Shown one piece after another: positions 29,034 through 39,107 of a DNA stretch of 64,000 bases. Below the pieces are notes generated by a model that had not been told where the DNA came from, made no database searches, and saw nothing but the letters and a program-made list of their open reading frames with translations. The stretch comes from a virus (lineage: Duplodnaviria > Caudoviricetes): positions 1,287 through 65,286 of the IMG/VR virus record IMGVR_UViG_3300042383_000245; one strand, written 5' to 3'. Within the stretch, counting starts at the first letter, position 1. Every line of letters starts with the position of its first letter. The position numbers and the translations under genes were made by a program.

Positions 29034-30434
29034 TTAAGCGGTCTTGAACAAGAAGAAGTTGTTCGCGCCCAATGTGCACAATGCACGCTCAGACAAGAAG
29101 TTAACTCTCATTGCATCCAAATCGCTAGTAGAAGCACCACCGGCAGAACCAGTAATCCAAGTCTTGTAGCGACGGTTTTCAGTTTCGCTAGCGCGGTAAC
29201 GAACGTGCAAGAAAGGACGCTTAGCGTTCTTGCCCAACACCATGTCGTAAACGCTAGTAGAACCAGCAGGAACCAACACACCATTAACTTCACCACCAAC
29301 GATACCACCACGCAAAGTTGCGTCGTTCAAGTATTTCCAGTCGGTCTTGTAGAAGTCATAACCACGCTTGAAGCCTTTGAAGCCCAAGTTCAATGCCATG
29401 TTCTCGTCGTTGTTGAACACACCGTAGCTAGTTCCGTTAACGCCGTAGCTGTTTTGGGTAGACAACATATCATCGATGTCGAAACCGAAGTTACGGTTAA
29501 CGAACAACATGTTTTCTTGGATAGAACCTTGCTTGTCCAAACGCTGAATGATTGCGTCGAAGTCGGCCAAAGTGCTTGGGTTACCACCACCCCAAACGTT
29601 TCCACGCTGTTCGATAGTGTAGAACAAACCGTCGGTACCCTTGTTTCCTACGTCACCGGTAGCTGCGATAGCGCCAGAGGCGGTCTCAGCAGGAACACCT
29701 TCGATCATAGCCATTTCCAAGTAGTCCTCGAAACGCAAACGAGTTTCGTGCTCAGACTTGATGTACCACAAGTAGCCAGTTGCACCATTCTCAGTAGTAA
29801 CTTCTACCCATCCGATCTGAGCCATGTCAGAACCAGATACTTCGTAGTTGTCCTTGATAATGATAGGGCTGTTGTCAAAGATTGAATCTTCAGCCTCCAA
29901 AGAGCCAGCCATTCCATTGCTGCCCTTTTTAAACTCAGAACCGTAAACAAATGCAGTAGAAGTAGTTGATACAGGAATAGTTTGACCACCAGCAGCGTAG
30001 TAAGCTACAGTGAAAGTCAATCCAGATACTGCGGTGATGATAGCTTTATCGCTTTGGGTACCACCAGCATTGCGAGACAAGAACACAGTCTGACCTACGC
30101 GGAAGTTACAGGCAGTAATGCCTGAGTCAGCAACTGTCCAAGTAGCGGTGTCAGAAGCAGCAGCAGCAGCAGAAGTACAGCTTACATACTTGGTATGCAA
30201 ACGACCTTGCTCTGCCCACTTAATCAAGTCAGAGTTAGAAGGCATCTCAGCACCTACTTGGCGCAAGAAAGATGCGATAGAGCGATTACCGTAACGCTCG
30301 AATTCCTTCTCGTAAGTATCAGGAAGATACTGATTCAAGAAATCGAAGTTGGTAATGTAATTTGAAGGCAAAGTTGCCTTAACGGATGAGGGGGTTATAG
30401 CAAACCCGGGACTCACTTGAACTGATCCAGCCAT
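29034..30434 (-). CDS. major capsid protein
   Basis: 466 aa after the scaffold gene; QYLPDTYEKEFERYG, WAEQGRLH, HETRLRFEDYLE, LSERALCTLGANNF; strong codon bias; followed by a terminator. Confidence 0.8.
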   Translation of the reverse strand: MAGSVQVSPGFAITPSSVKATLPSNYITNFDFLNQYLPDTYEKEFERYGNRSIASFLRQVGAEMPSNSDLIKWAEQGRLHTKYVSCTSAAAAASDTATWTVADSGITACNFRVGQTVFLSRNAGGTQSDKAIITAVSGLTFTVAYYAAGGQTIPVSTTSTAFVYGSEFKKGSNGMAGSLEAEDSIFDNSPIIIKDNYEVSGSDMAQIGWVEVTTENGATGYLWYIKSEHETRLRFEDYLEMAMIEGVPAETASGAIAATGDVGNKGTDGLFYTIEQRGNVWGGGNPSTLADFDAIIQRLDKQGSIQENMLFVNRNFGFDIDDMLSTQNSYGVNGTSYGVFNNDENMALNLGFKGFKRGYDFYKTDWKYLNDATLRGGIVGGEVNGVLVPAGSTSVYDMVLGKNAKRPFLHVRYRASETENRRYKTWITGSAGGASTSDLDAMRVNFLSERALCTLGANNFFLFKTA

Positions 30435-30457
30435 AGTTTTGTTTTTTTAGTTTTTTG

Positions 30458-31579
30458 TTATCTGTTACTCATTTTTATCTTGAGCCCACTTCCGTGGTCA
30501 GAGTCCAAAGCAACAACTTTGAAACCAGTTGTAGGCGTGAGCTGTGGTGCCGACCGAACGTCCATCTGGATATTCTTTGACTCCTTCGCTACACTGTCTA
30601 CTGCTGCAGCTCTGCCTTGCTCATAAAAGTGCTTGGCAAAACTGTCTGGGTTCATCGCTACTGCGATAGCTCTGTGGTATGCAGCTGGGTCTTTAATGAA
30701 TCCTTTCTCGTCTAAGAAAGAACCAATAAACTTGCTTACGTCAGATTGAGCCTTCTTCAGTTGTTCTGTGTTGCCGGGTTTAAACGAGAGAGACTTGTCG
30801 TCGATCTTAAATTCAAAACCTTTGAACTGATCGCTGAAAAGCTCGTCTGTCTTCTTAGCAAAGAACTCTGAGCGCTCTAACTGAGCCTTCTGCACTTCCT
30901 CGGATTCTTGAGCATATCTTTTGAAGTCCTCGTACATACTTTTCTCTTCGTCAGAAACTAAGCCACCCCTTGACTCAACGGGCACCTTGTACTGTTCCTT
31001 CAGCTTGTTGAAGTAGTCCTTGGCCTTTGCAAGATCTTTTTTCATTGCTAGCTTCTTTTTCTTAACGTCTTTTGGATCATCAAGGTCTTCATCAAATTCG
31101 TACCGAGTCTCGATTTCGTACTTTACGTCTTCGTCGTCATACTCTGGGTTATCCTGTTTGATGAATTCAGCTAGCAGTTGATTTGCAGGAACGTCATCGT
31201 AGTTCTTATTCAACTGAATAAAATCTTCGATTCCTCGTCCGGTCTCTTTCTTGTATTTCAAGAACGCAGACACGTCTTCTGGCAGTTCCTCCGCCTCTTT
31301 TCTCGCCTCGAACAAATCGTCAACTGAGTTGATTTCTTTGTTGTACCGATTTTTTAAATATGTAAGAACGTCTGTATCTTCTAGCTCCTTGGCTTGCGCC
31401 TCAGTGCTTTCGATCTTTTCTGTTGTCCCGTCAGCTGCCACTACTGTGGTTTCTGCCGGGACTTCTTCTGACGACAAGCCGTGCTTTTCGTCATGCTCTT
31501 TTAGAAGTTGCTCTTCGATTTCTTGAACAGACTTCTGTTCCTCGAAGGCTACTTCCTTTACTTTGAATTCATTTTCCAT
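30458..31579 (-). CDS. capsid scaffolding protein
   Basis: highly acidic helical protein between portal and capsid genes. Confidence 0.7.
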   Translation of the reverse strand: MENEFKVKEVAFEEQKSVQEIEEQLLKEHDEKHGLSSEEVPAETTVVAADGTTEKIESTEAQAKELEDTDVLTYLKNRYNKEINSVDDLFEARKEAEELPEDVSAFLKYKKETGRGIEDFIQLNKNYDDVPANQLLAEFIKQDNPEYDDEDVKYEIETRYEFDEDLDDPKDVKKKKLAMKKDLAKAKDYFNKLKEQYKVPVESRGGLVSDEEKSMYEDFKRYAQESEEVQKAQLERSEFFAKKTDELFSDQFKGFEFKIDDKSLSFKPGNTEQLKKAQSDVSKFIGSFLDEKGFIKDPAAYHRAIAVAMNPDSFAKHFYEQGRAAAVDSVAKESKNIQMDVRSAPQLTPTTGFKVVALDSDHGSGLKIKMSNR

Positions 31580-31625
31580 ATAAGATTTGATTTTATATCA
31601 CAAATTTACGAATAAATGTGACACA

Positions 31626-34055
31626 CTATTTTGGCTCAAACGACGCTAGGTCAAAGCCATCAAGGGTGTCTTCATTCGACTCGAAATCAACCGGTGGCAA
31701 GTTGTTTTTTCTTTGCTCGATCAATTTTGATTGCTGTGTATTTTGAAGAGAAACTCGCTTATCTTTAGCTTCTTCCTTCATTTTTTCTTTGTCGTTAATC
31801 ATGCTAGCGTCAACGCCCTTCAACTGCATGTTCATCTGGAACTCTTGCTGCATTAATTGCAACTTAATCTGAGCTTCCTGCTGCATTGTCTGAACTGAGA
31901 ACATAGACTCTGCCTCCTTGATGCGGATCTTAGACTGTGTCTCTGCTTCGATCTGTGCCATCTTGGCCTCGGCTGCTGCCTGTGTTGCGGCGATGTTAGA
32001 CTGAGACTGGAACTGAGACATCATCTGCTGTTTCTCCATGTCCTTCTTCTCCTTGTCCTTGCGCTTAACCTTCAACAACTGATTGGCAACCTTCAAGTTC
32101 TTTATCTCGCGGATGTCGATTGCGTCCTCGAGGGCGATCTGGTCACGGCTCAATGCCATCTGGATGTTAGCCTCGAGCTGTTGCTTCTCCTCTTCGTCAG
32201 GCGAAACCTCGATGAAGATACCAAAGTCGTGCAAGTAAAGGTCCTTGATGCTGTCTAGGATCTGGATGTTGTACTTACCGATCTGGTTAGCGAACTCCTC
32301 GCGGAACTCAGCGTACTCCAAGATGTCAGACACACGGCAAGACAACGCCTCAGACAACCTGCGTGTAATGAAGATACCACCGTCAAGAATGTGACGAGTT
32401 GCAGTGTTCGAGTTGGCGGCTGCCAGCTTCTGTACGCCCACCAAAGCATCGGCGCTAGGCATAGACCCGTCGCGTGCTTCGTTAAGACCTGTAACGTCGC
32501 GTAGCATTCCCATGTACTGATTGTACGCTGCGATCAGGCTAGAGATTTTGCCCTGTGCTGAACTGTGGTTCAGCTCCTGGATTGGAACACGTGCGTTGTT
32601 AAACTCTCCGTCCTGTGTATAGCTACGTCCGATTACACTACCGGTTTGGAAGTACATGCGTAACGCATCCTCTGGATTGTAAGCGGCACCGTTGCCAAGG
32701 TCAACCTCGTTCAGTCCATCAGCGTCAATAAACACACCATCTGGTACCATCTTGGTCAACACCTGTTGCAACTTAAGGTGAGTCATCTGGATCAAGTCAG
32801 CGAATGCTGTCATCCTGCGGCCCAAAGACTCAATGGCTCCCTTGTACATACGAGGGGCAACCATCACGTAGTTTGAGTACGCATACTGTGACGCAGACTT
32901 GGGGCGTGCCATGTTCTTGGACAGCTCCCACTTGATCAACTTATTTGAGCCAAGGATCAAGATACCCTCGTACCAAACGTCAATACGCTTCTCGATACGC
33001 TCGAATCTTTCCTCTTGGTCTACTGGAGGGTTGAAGCTCTCGTCCTTACGGATTATACGCTCTCCACCGCTCTCCAAGAACTTCTTCTTGTATACGAAGG
33101 TCTTGTCAGTTTTGTAGTTAAAGTACAACAGGGTTACAACGTCCTTGTCGAACAAGTCGTTCCTGTATGTACGCATGATGCCATAGTAGTCCCACCAAGC
33201 AGATCCGAGCTGTGACGCTTCTTCTAGTTCTGGCTTTGTGATGTCTGGTTTGATCTTGATCAACTCGGTGATCGGAACCTGTTTTACTTCTCCCCAATAG
33301 AATACGTCGTCGAAATAGGGTGACTCGGTGTAGCTGTATACCAAGTTGGCGGGGTCGACATATTCAACCTTAACCCCGGCTCCTGGTAGAAATGAGTGCT
33401 TCGCACCACCGATACCCAGAGTGGCAAGGTCGTAATCGATACGTTTTTTAGTGTCTGCATAGTTGTTCTGTTCAAGTAGAGTATTGATTGCTTGCTCTTC
33501 TGCAATCTCGATGCTTGGCTTATACTTCAACTGCATGTAAAGCTGCAACTCCTCATCGTTTGATGGAAGCTCCTCTACATTGGTGTTGAACGCGTCTACG
33601 CCAAACTGTTCCTTTGTCTGTAGCAAGAAATCCTTAGCGACCATGTCGCCTTCGATCATGTCTTGGAACTGGTTACGCTGATCTGCCGCTAGTGCATCTT
33701 GCGCTACGGCCTTTACTGAAAAGTTTCTATCAGCCATTCCATTAACAACAATGTCAATGAACTTAGGCATGATAGGTACCGGTGTCCAAGAAAGGTTTAA
33801 ATACGATAGGTCTCCATCGAATGACATCTCCTTTTTGTACTTCTCAACGGACTGCTCTCCGCGTGCATACAGGCGCAAACGGTGGAACTCCACCCACTGG
33901 TTATAGAACCTGCACGAGCCTGCGTCTTTTCGGAACCACTCCGACTGCACCGCTAACCCAACCTGTAGACCGAACTCTTTAGACGCCTTCTCAGCGTCCG
34001 TGGCCAGCTGGCTTGGGAAGGTAGTTGCATTGATTATTATTTTTGGATCTGTCAT
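31626..34055 (-). CDS. portal protein
   Basis: 809 aa directly after terminase; LRLYARGEQ, WTPVPIMPKF, RDVTGLNEARDG motifs and Gln-rich coiled-coil C-terminus. Confidence 0.82.
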   Translation of the reverse strand: MTDPKIIINATTFPSQLATDAEKASKEFGLQVGLAVQSEWFRKDAGSCRFYNQWVEFHRLRLYARGEQSVEKYKKEMSFDGDLSYLNLSWTPVPIMPKFIDIVVNGMADRNFSVKAVAQDALAADQRNQFQDMIEGDMVAKDFLLQTKEQFGVDAFNTNVEELPSNDEELQLYMQLKYKPSIEIAEEQAINTLLEQNNYADTKKRIDYDLATLGIGGAKHSFLPGAGVKVEYVDPANLVYSYTESPYFDDVFYWGEVKQVPITELIKIKPDITKPELEEASQLGSAWWDYYGIMRTYRNDLFDKDVVTLLYFNYKTDKTFVYKKKFLESGGERIIRKDESFNPPVDQEERFERIEKRIDVWYEGILILGSNKLIKWELSKNMARPKSASQYAYSNYVMVAPRMYKGAIESLGRRMTAFADLIQMTHLKLQQVLTKMVPDGVFIDADGLNEVDLGNGAAYNPEDALRMYFQTGSVIGRSYTQDGEFNNARVPIQELNHSSAQGKISSLIAAYNQYMGMLRDVTGLNEARDGSMPSADALVGVQKLAAANSNTATRHILDGGIFITRRLSEALSCRVSDILEYAEFREEFANQIGKYNIQILDSIKDLYLHDFGIFIEVSPDEEEKQQLEANIQMALSRDQIALEDAIDIREIKNLKVANQLLKVKRKDKEKKDMEKQQMMSQFQSQSNIAATQAAAEAKMAQIEAETQSKIRIKEAESMFSVQTMQQEAQIKLQLMQQEFQMNMQLKGVDASMINDKEKMKEEAKDKRVSLQNTQQSKLIEQRKNNLPPVDFESNEDTLDGFDLASFEPK

Positions 34056-36265
34056 TATTTTCTTAACTCGCTGTGAAAGCCTTTGTTATCGTATTGTGCA
34101 AATTTAAGGCTTATTTTTGACTTCTTTACCTCGGGTACATATAAATGTCGTTGCGTTGCCATAATGGCAAGGCCAGAGCTGATAGATGCGTCATGCTTTG
34201 TACGATTGTTGATGTCAAACCGTGCCCAGTCCTCTAAAGTTCTAGTGAACGGCATGGTACCCATCTCGTCTACTGGCCTGTAAGTTCCCTCCATGTCTAT
34301 GCCAACATGCTTCTCGATATACGTCTCAATCGCAGCTGCGTGTGCCTGCTTTACGTCCTCTGATGAGTTGGGTATTCCACCAATCTCTAGTTCGGTTTTT
34401 GACAACTTGGCAATGGCTTTGTCTGGTCTGTTCATCGCAAATGCACGATACCCCCTATTCTTGAAGTGATATAGCAGTCGTGGCTTGTTGTTCTCCACAA
34501 GGATCGGCATGCCATAGAAGAAGCAGGCCATCAGTACGTCCTCAAAGAATATTTCAGCCGTCTGTGGACGTGCAATGTACTCAAGAAAAAACTCGTTAAC
34601 CGGCCCCTCGTCCATGTGGAACTTGGTCAGCCCGTGTAGCGATCCGTTAGATCCGCCACCGCCAACGGCACCAGAGATGTCGTATGGGTCACACCCAAAG
34701 CAGCCCATGTGCTCATTGCCCGGCTTGAACCTGCCGTTTATCTTTAATACCTTGTTACGCTTGTTATGCTCAGGCATCCATGACACCAAGAAGCGCCCCT
34801 TTCGGTCTGGAGTCCACACCACCTCTGAATCCTTTACACCATCTTTCCAGTGGAACGAGCCGCGTGTGATGGACTGGATCTGCACCATCGTGTCGTTGTA
34901 GTCGATCTGCTGGTAGATCTTGGTCAAGTTGAACAGAGAAGACTTACTCTCGTCACGGAACGCGTGCGACTCCGTGCGTGGAAACTGACGATAGAATTCG
35001 TTTAGTGCGTCCGCGTCGCTCTTCAGTGCTGCAACTTCGTTCTCCCAGTACTCAACAACGCTCTGTATAATCCAGCTCCCGTCGATACTTTTGATTGGAT
35101 TCTCTGGCTTTTCAAGCACAGGCCAGCCATGCTCGTCGATAAAACCTTCAAAGTTCCACTCCATGGGAATAAACAGTGAGTACAGGCCGCTCTTGGTCTG
35201 TCCGTTACTGCTTCGCTTCCTTGGGTCTGAGTCGTAGTAGATATCCTTGAACCCAGATCCACCCTTGTCGAGTGCGTTCGAGGTAGAGCCCATCATACAC
35301 TTTCCAATGATCCGCGAACCAAGACGCAAACATGTTTTAGTTACACGCCAGTTATTCTCAATGTTATTTGGTGCAAGCCACTTCCCTGATTCGTCATGAA
35401 CCAGCAGTTTCAACTTCTCACCGTCATAGCTGTTGTCAGCCGTATTCTTCCAGTCAATAGACGTGTCAAGTCCCTCGATCTCCTCCTCGTTCTTATCCAT
35501 GTTCTTCCGCGTAATCTTAGACGCTGGAACACGGTAGCCAAGCTCAGTCTTTGGCTTGTCCATACCATCCTGCACCGGCTTGAAGAAGAACGGGTAATTG
35601 TTCGATATTGGCACGACCTTGTCCGTGAACATGATCTTGGCATCGTTACCGGTCTTTGACAGGATACCTAAACGAGCGTTCTTATTGATAGTCGCCGTAT
35701 TAACCAGCTCAGATGAGCTCATAAACGAAAATCCAGAACGACGGTTCTTGAGGTAACACATTCCAAAGCACCTTGTGTCTGCCTTGCACGCCTCCCAGAA
35801 AATAAAGAATATGCGGTTAGATTCACGAAACTCTGGAAGACCAACATCAATCTTGGTCCACTGCAAATACATGTAGTGAGTTCCCGTAATGTAGGTCTTC
35901 TGCTTGTTGTTCATGAACCAGAACCCGTTGTCCCTCCTGTCGAACTCGGTCTCGATGTAGTCAATCCACTTGGTCTTGAACTCGTTGTCGTACTTGTTCC
36001 AGTCGAATATGGTCTTGATCTTTGCTAGGTCTTTGGGATACTCCTGTGTCTGCCACTTGGCGCCACGGTTCTGTATGTCCTTCGGCATCGGCAGTGCGAT
36101 ACGAAGTCCGTTGATCTCGTAGATTGGCCCGATGGTTCCGTCCTTTGATATGACCACAAAGTCATGCGTCGGATCCCACCCGTACTCCCAAGACTTGTCT
36201 TTGTTCTTCTTGTTTAAGACCTCTGGTCTTACAACATCTTTGAGTACTTGGTACAGCTTGGTCAT
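34055..36265 (-). CDS. terminase large subunit
   Basis: LKNRRSGFS Walker A variant, LVHDESGK Walker B, GSTSN, GCDPYD nuclease Asp, LVENN, HDASIS. Confidence 0.88.
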   Translation of the reverse strand: MTKLYQVLKDVVRPEVLNKKNKDKSWEYGWDPTHDFVVISKDGTIGPIYEINGLRIALPMPKDIQNRGAKWQTQEYPKDLAKIKTIFDWNKYDNEFKTKWIDYIETEFDRRDNGFWFMNNKQKTYITGTHYMYLQWTKIDVGLPEFRESNRIFFIFWEACKADTRCFGMCYLKNRRSGFSFMSSSELVNTATINKNARLGILSKTGNDAKIMFTDKVVPISNNYPFFFKPVQDGMDKPKTELGYRVPASKITRKNMDKNEEEIEGLDTSIDWKNTADNSYDGEKLKLLVHDESGKWLAPNNIENNWRVTKTCLRLGSRIIGKCMMGSTSNALDKGGSGFKDIYYDSDPRKRSSNGQTKSGLYSLFIPMEWNFEGFIDEHGWPVLEKPENPIKSIDGSWIIQSVVEYWENEVAALKSDADALNEFYRQFPRTESHAFRDESKSSLFNLTKIYQQIDYNDTMVQIQSITRGSFHWKDGVKDSEVVWTPDRKGRFLVSWMPEHNKRNKVLKINGRFKPGNEHMGCFGCDPYDISGAVGGGGSNGSLHGLTKFHMDEGPVNEFFLEYIARPQTAEIFFEDVLMACFFYGMPILVENNKPRLLYHFKNRGYRAFAMNRPDKAIAKLSKTELEIGGIPNSSEDVKQAHAAAIETYIEKHVGIDMEGTYRPVDEMGTMPFTRTLEDWARFDINNRTKHDASISSGLAIMATQRHLYVPEVKKSKISLKFAQYDNKGFHSELRK

Positions 36266-36552
36266 TTAGAGAACCTTTCCGCAAAGCCCTTCTTAGTCTC
36301 GACAGCGTCGGGAGTCTTTTTGGCCTCCGGTGCGTCGAGCATGTTCTTCTCCTCTTGGATCCGCTTGAGGATGTCAAACGCGTCCATGATGGCAAGCTTC
36401 TTTGTCGCCGCAGCGTTCTTCAACTTGTCGGCAGACAGGTCAGTATCTGAGCCACCATTAAGGATTGGTTCTTTAGCCACCAGTATTAGCTCCACAATGG
36501 CTTTCTCTGCGGCAGCGATGATCTTCTCTTTAAACTCTCTCTCGGTTGTCAT
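36262..36552 (-). CDS. putative terminase small subunit
   Basis: small helical protein overlapping the terL start. Confidence 0.45.
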   Translation of the reverse strand: MTTEREFKEKIIAAAEKAIVELILVAKEPILNGGSDTDLSADKLKNAAATKKLAIMDAFDILKRIQEEKNMLDAPEAKKTPDAVETKKGFAERFSK

Positions 36553-37106
36553 AGCGCTACACAGATATTTTTGCTCATCATGCGGTACAGTTTCTCTCCG
36601 TCGACCTTAAACTCGTACTCGCTCTCTGGCTGAAAGCTGATCAAGTCGCCGTCTTTTAGGCCCTTTGAGTAAAGATACTCATTCCCGTATCTAAGAACAC
36701 CTAACAATGGCTTCTCTAGGTCCGTAGACATAATTACACCCTCGTCGTAGTTCTCTACAGGCTTGACCATGCAGTACGGGTGTGGAGCTTTCCACTGTCC
36801 GTCGTGCTTGTACAAAAAGTACTGGTCGTCTTCTATTAGAAATGTTTTGTCTCTGAAGTGCGATGGCCCGTAGACCTCCTTGCCACGGATGTCGAAGTAC
36901 TTTCTAAACACGTTGTGGTGCACCATCAAGATGTCACCAGGGGTGATCTCCCCGGTGTATAAAATTGGAGTGGCGATGACCGTAGCGAATCTGTTCGTTA
37001 CTGTGTGGTCCTCCTTCGATGCGCTCAGTATGAGCCCAATTTCATTTGTGTTGTCGTAAAGCTTGTCGCCAACAGGCTCTACTACAAAGCAGAGCGGTGA
37101 TTTCAT
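36549..37106 (-). CDS. GroES-like protein (two tandem GroES-like halves)
   Basis: FVVEP...GLIL...ATVIATP...ITPGDILMV and YCMVKP...GVL...GLKDGDLI...FKVDGEKLYRM both follow the cpn10 pattern. Confidence 0.55.
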   Translation of the reverse strand: MKSPLCFVVEPVGDKLYDNTNEIGLILSASKEDHTVTNRFATVIATPILYTGEITPGDILMVHHNVFRKYFDIRGKEVYGPSHFRDKTFLIEDDQYFLYKHDGQWKAPHPYCMVKPVENYDEGVIMSTDLEKPLLGVLRYGNEYLYSKGLKDGDLISFQPESEYEFKVDGEKLYRMMSKNICVAL

Positions 37107-37111
37107 TTTAT

Positions 37112-37330
37112 TTAAAAGTCTATATCGTATTCGATCGATATCGGCATGTTGTTATTGAACGATTTCCACAGCAACACGCCAGATTCGTTCTTGATCCAAA
37201 TCTCAATGAATCCATTGTCACGCATAATAATCAAGTCGATGAAATATTCACCACGCAAAACGTCTTGCCCATGAAGGTAGTTCATGGCGTTCTTGTAGTC
37301 TGCACCAACTGATATCTTGCGTATAATCAT
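37112..37330 (-). CDS. hypothetical protein
   Basis: MIIRKISVGADYKNAMNY...WKSFNNNMPISIEY; start moved to 37330. Confidence 0.6.
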   Translation of the reverse strand: MIIRKISVGADYKNAMNYLHGQDVLRGEYFIDLIIMRDNGFIEIWIKNESGVLLWKSFNNNMPISIEYDIDF

Positions 37331-37587
37331 AAAGCTGACCAGCCAGATGACTTGTATTGATACAAGCCCTCTGTAGCGTCTGTTTGGTATACTACCTGAC
37401 CCAATGTAGCGGTCAATGCCAATCGTTGAGCCTGAGTCACCTGTGGGGCTCCTGAGGTCCAAGCGTAGTCGGCAACTGCGTCTACTGTGGTATTTTTTGT
37501 TGCACCACCGGCAGGGGTGTCAGACATCAACAGCTTCTCGGTTCCTACCAAGGCTGTGTCGGTTGTGTAGTTGTTAATGTTACCCAT
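37327..37587 (-). CDS. hypothetical virion-associated protein
   Basis: TQAQRLAL...GQVVYQTD..EGLYQY...W motif seen in fibre/decoration proteins. Confidence 0.5.
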   Translation of the reverse strand: MGNINNYTTDTALVGTEKLLMSDTPAGGATKNTTVDAVADYAWTSGAPQVTQAQRLALTATLGQVVYQTDATEGLYQYKSSGWSAL

Positions 37588-37822
37588 TTTTTATTTCTCC
37601 TGTACTTAGGTCGATCGTCACGTTACCGTACTTCTCGAACAGCTCTGCTTGGAACTTTGAAAGCTCCTCAGCAGCTACCTCGATCTCGAACAGTGCGCTC
37701 TGTTTCTTGGTCTTAAGTCTTGACAAAGATACTTCAATGTCAGCAATTTCTTCCTTTAGGGTCTTAACTTTAAAGTTTAAGTCCTTTAAGCTTTCCAATT
37801 CGGTTGATTCAAGTGTATTCAT
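37580..37822 (-). CDS. coiled-coil protein
   Basis: heptad pattern ending EKYGNVTIDLSTGEI. Confidence 0.6.
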   Translation of the reverse strand: MNTLESTELESLKDLNFKVKTLKEEIADIEVSLSRLKTKKQSALFEIEVAAEELSKFQAELFEKYGNVTIDLSTGEIKNG

Positions 37823-38229
37823 TTACTTACAAATCTAATGATAATAATTAATAAAAGCAATATCAGTGCTGCCCAAATTGCGGTCTGCACGTCTGTCATT
37901 CCAGCCTTTACTACTTTTGGTGGTAACTGGAATGGAATCTTCGTGGTGATGCGAACGGTGTCTGACTTGCACTTGGTGTATACCTTGATCACGTTGTCCT
38001 TGCGGATGACCTGTGTGTACACGAAGCTGTCCTCAATAGTAACGGTGTCGTACTCGGTTGTAACAAAGCTGTCGTATAGGACTCTCTCTTTTGTGGTGAT
38101 TACCGTGTCATGAACCAATACGGTATCGCCACCCTTCAGCAGTGAGGGGTCTTTTTTAATTGCACGATTTAAGTGCCAGTTAGCACTGCAAGATGTGAAA
38201 AGAAGGATGGCGACAGCGTACTTTAACAT
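37819..38229 (-). CDS. lipoprotein with C-terminal TM helix (unimolecular spanin-like)
   Basis: N-terminal signal with lipobox FTSC, beta-rich DT repeats, C-terminal hydrophobic helix AIWAALILLLLIIII. Confidence 0.55.
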   Translation of the reverse strand: MLKYAVAILLFTSCSANWHLNRAIKKDPSLLKGGDTVLVHDTVITTKERVLYDSFVTTEYDTVTIEDSFVYTQVIRKDNVIKVYTKCKSDTVRITTKIPFQLPPKVVKAGMTDVQTAIWAALILLLLIIIIRFVSK

Positions 38230-38513
38230 TTCCAGCGTTTACGTGCCTGTCTCAGGCGTGAATTTGGATCAGCAGCTGCCTTTGGGAAGTCTGCCATCTG
38301 TCCTGCACTGCGAGCACAGAAAGACTTACGACGCTTTGCGTCAGCACTTCCAGCCTTTACTTTGCCAGTAACTGCAGTCTTTAGCTTTGATCCTGGGTTT
38401 GCCTTGCGGTATGCGGCCACTCCCTTAGCGGTCATGCCAGCCCCCTTGCTTGTAGGCAAGTAGTTGGCACCCTTTCCGGTTGTAGTCTTTGGTATTGGCT
38501 TATCCTTCGGCAT
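38223..38513 (-). CDS. basic hypothetical protein
   Basis: GAGMTAKGVAAYRKANPGSKLK...RRKSFCARS...ARKRWKC, a widespread phage family; start moved to 38513. Confidence 0.65.
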   Translation of the reverse strand: MPKDKPIPKTTTGKGANYLPTSKGAGMTAKGVAAYRKANPGSKLKTAVTGKVKAGSADAKRRKSFCARSAGQMADFPKAAADPNSRLRQARKRWKC

Positions 38514-38730
38514 TGTCTTTATTGGCAAATTTATCGATGCTTGTAAACCCAAGGCATGCGATCACCACAAACTCGACAGCGGCTACTAGGTCTTTGCTAG
38601 GAGCAATGTCCTGCGGGCTCAAGCTGTTGTGTGCCATAGTTGCAAACAATACAAGTGCACCCACAATACCCACTACACGCTTAGACGAAATCTCGCCCTT
38701 GTCACCCTTAAACATCTGTAATAATTTCAT
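38500..38730 (-). CDS. putative holin
   Basis: 76 aa, SSKR followed by two TM helices; near the spanin-like gene. Confidence 0.5.
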   Translation of the reverse strand: MKLLQMFKGDKGEISSKRVVGIVGALVLFATMAHNSLSPQDIAPSKDLVAAVEFVVIACLGFTSIDKFANKDNAEG

Positions 38731-38748
38731 TCCTCAAATATACAAAAT

Positions 38749-38774
38749 AAAAAGGCAACCACTTGGGCTGCCTT
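38749..38774 (-). terminator. intrinsic terminator
   Basis: AAGGCAACC/GGCTGCCTT stem with a T-run on the minus strand. Confidence 0.55.
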
Positions 38775-38797
38775 CTTAATGTGTTGAATGATAGAGT

Positions 38798-39070
38798 TTA
38801 CTTTACCACTTCCATGGTTGGCTCTTCGGCTGGGATAAACTCGAAACTCTCCAAGTTCAACTGACCCTTTCCGTAGCTAGACTCCAAGCCCTTGAAGAAC
38901 TCACCCTGTTCTGAAGCAAGTTTTACCTTGGCCTCTAAAACCTGTGACTTCAAGCTTTCCAAGTCTGACATCTGGAAGCTAATTCTGCCCAAATCGCTAA
39001 TGATAGCATTTGCTTGCTGTTGAAAACCTTTCAAGGATTCAACTTCTTCTTCTGTTAATTTGATTGACAT
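38798..39070 (-). CDS. coiled-coil protein (paralog-like to 37580..37822)
   Basis: KLTEEEVESLK...ESSYGKGQLNLES resembles 37580..37822. Confidence 0.6.
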   Translation of the reverse strand: MSIKLTEEEVESLKGFQQQANAIISDLGRISFQMSDLESLKSQVLEAKVKLASEQGEFFKGLESSYGKGQLNLESFEFIPAEEPTMEVVK

Positions 39071-39107
39071 ATGTATAAAATTAGTAGTGCAAATATATGA
39101 TAAAGTA

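Noticed and set aside
28950-29079. Programmed frameshift fusing the capsid to the downstream ORF (the track ORF overlaps the capsid end)
   Set aside because: No clear slippery heptamer, and a terminator plus a separate promoter box lie between the genes.
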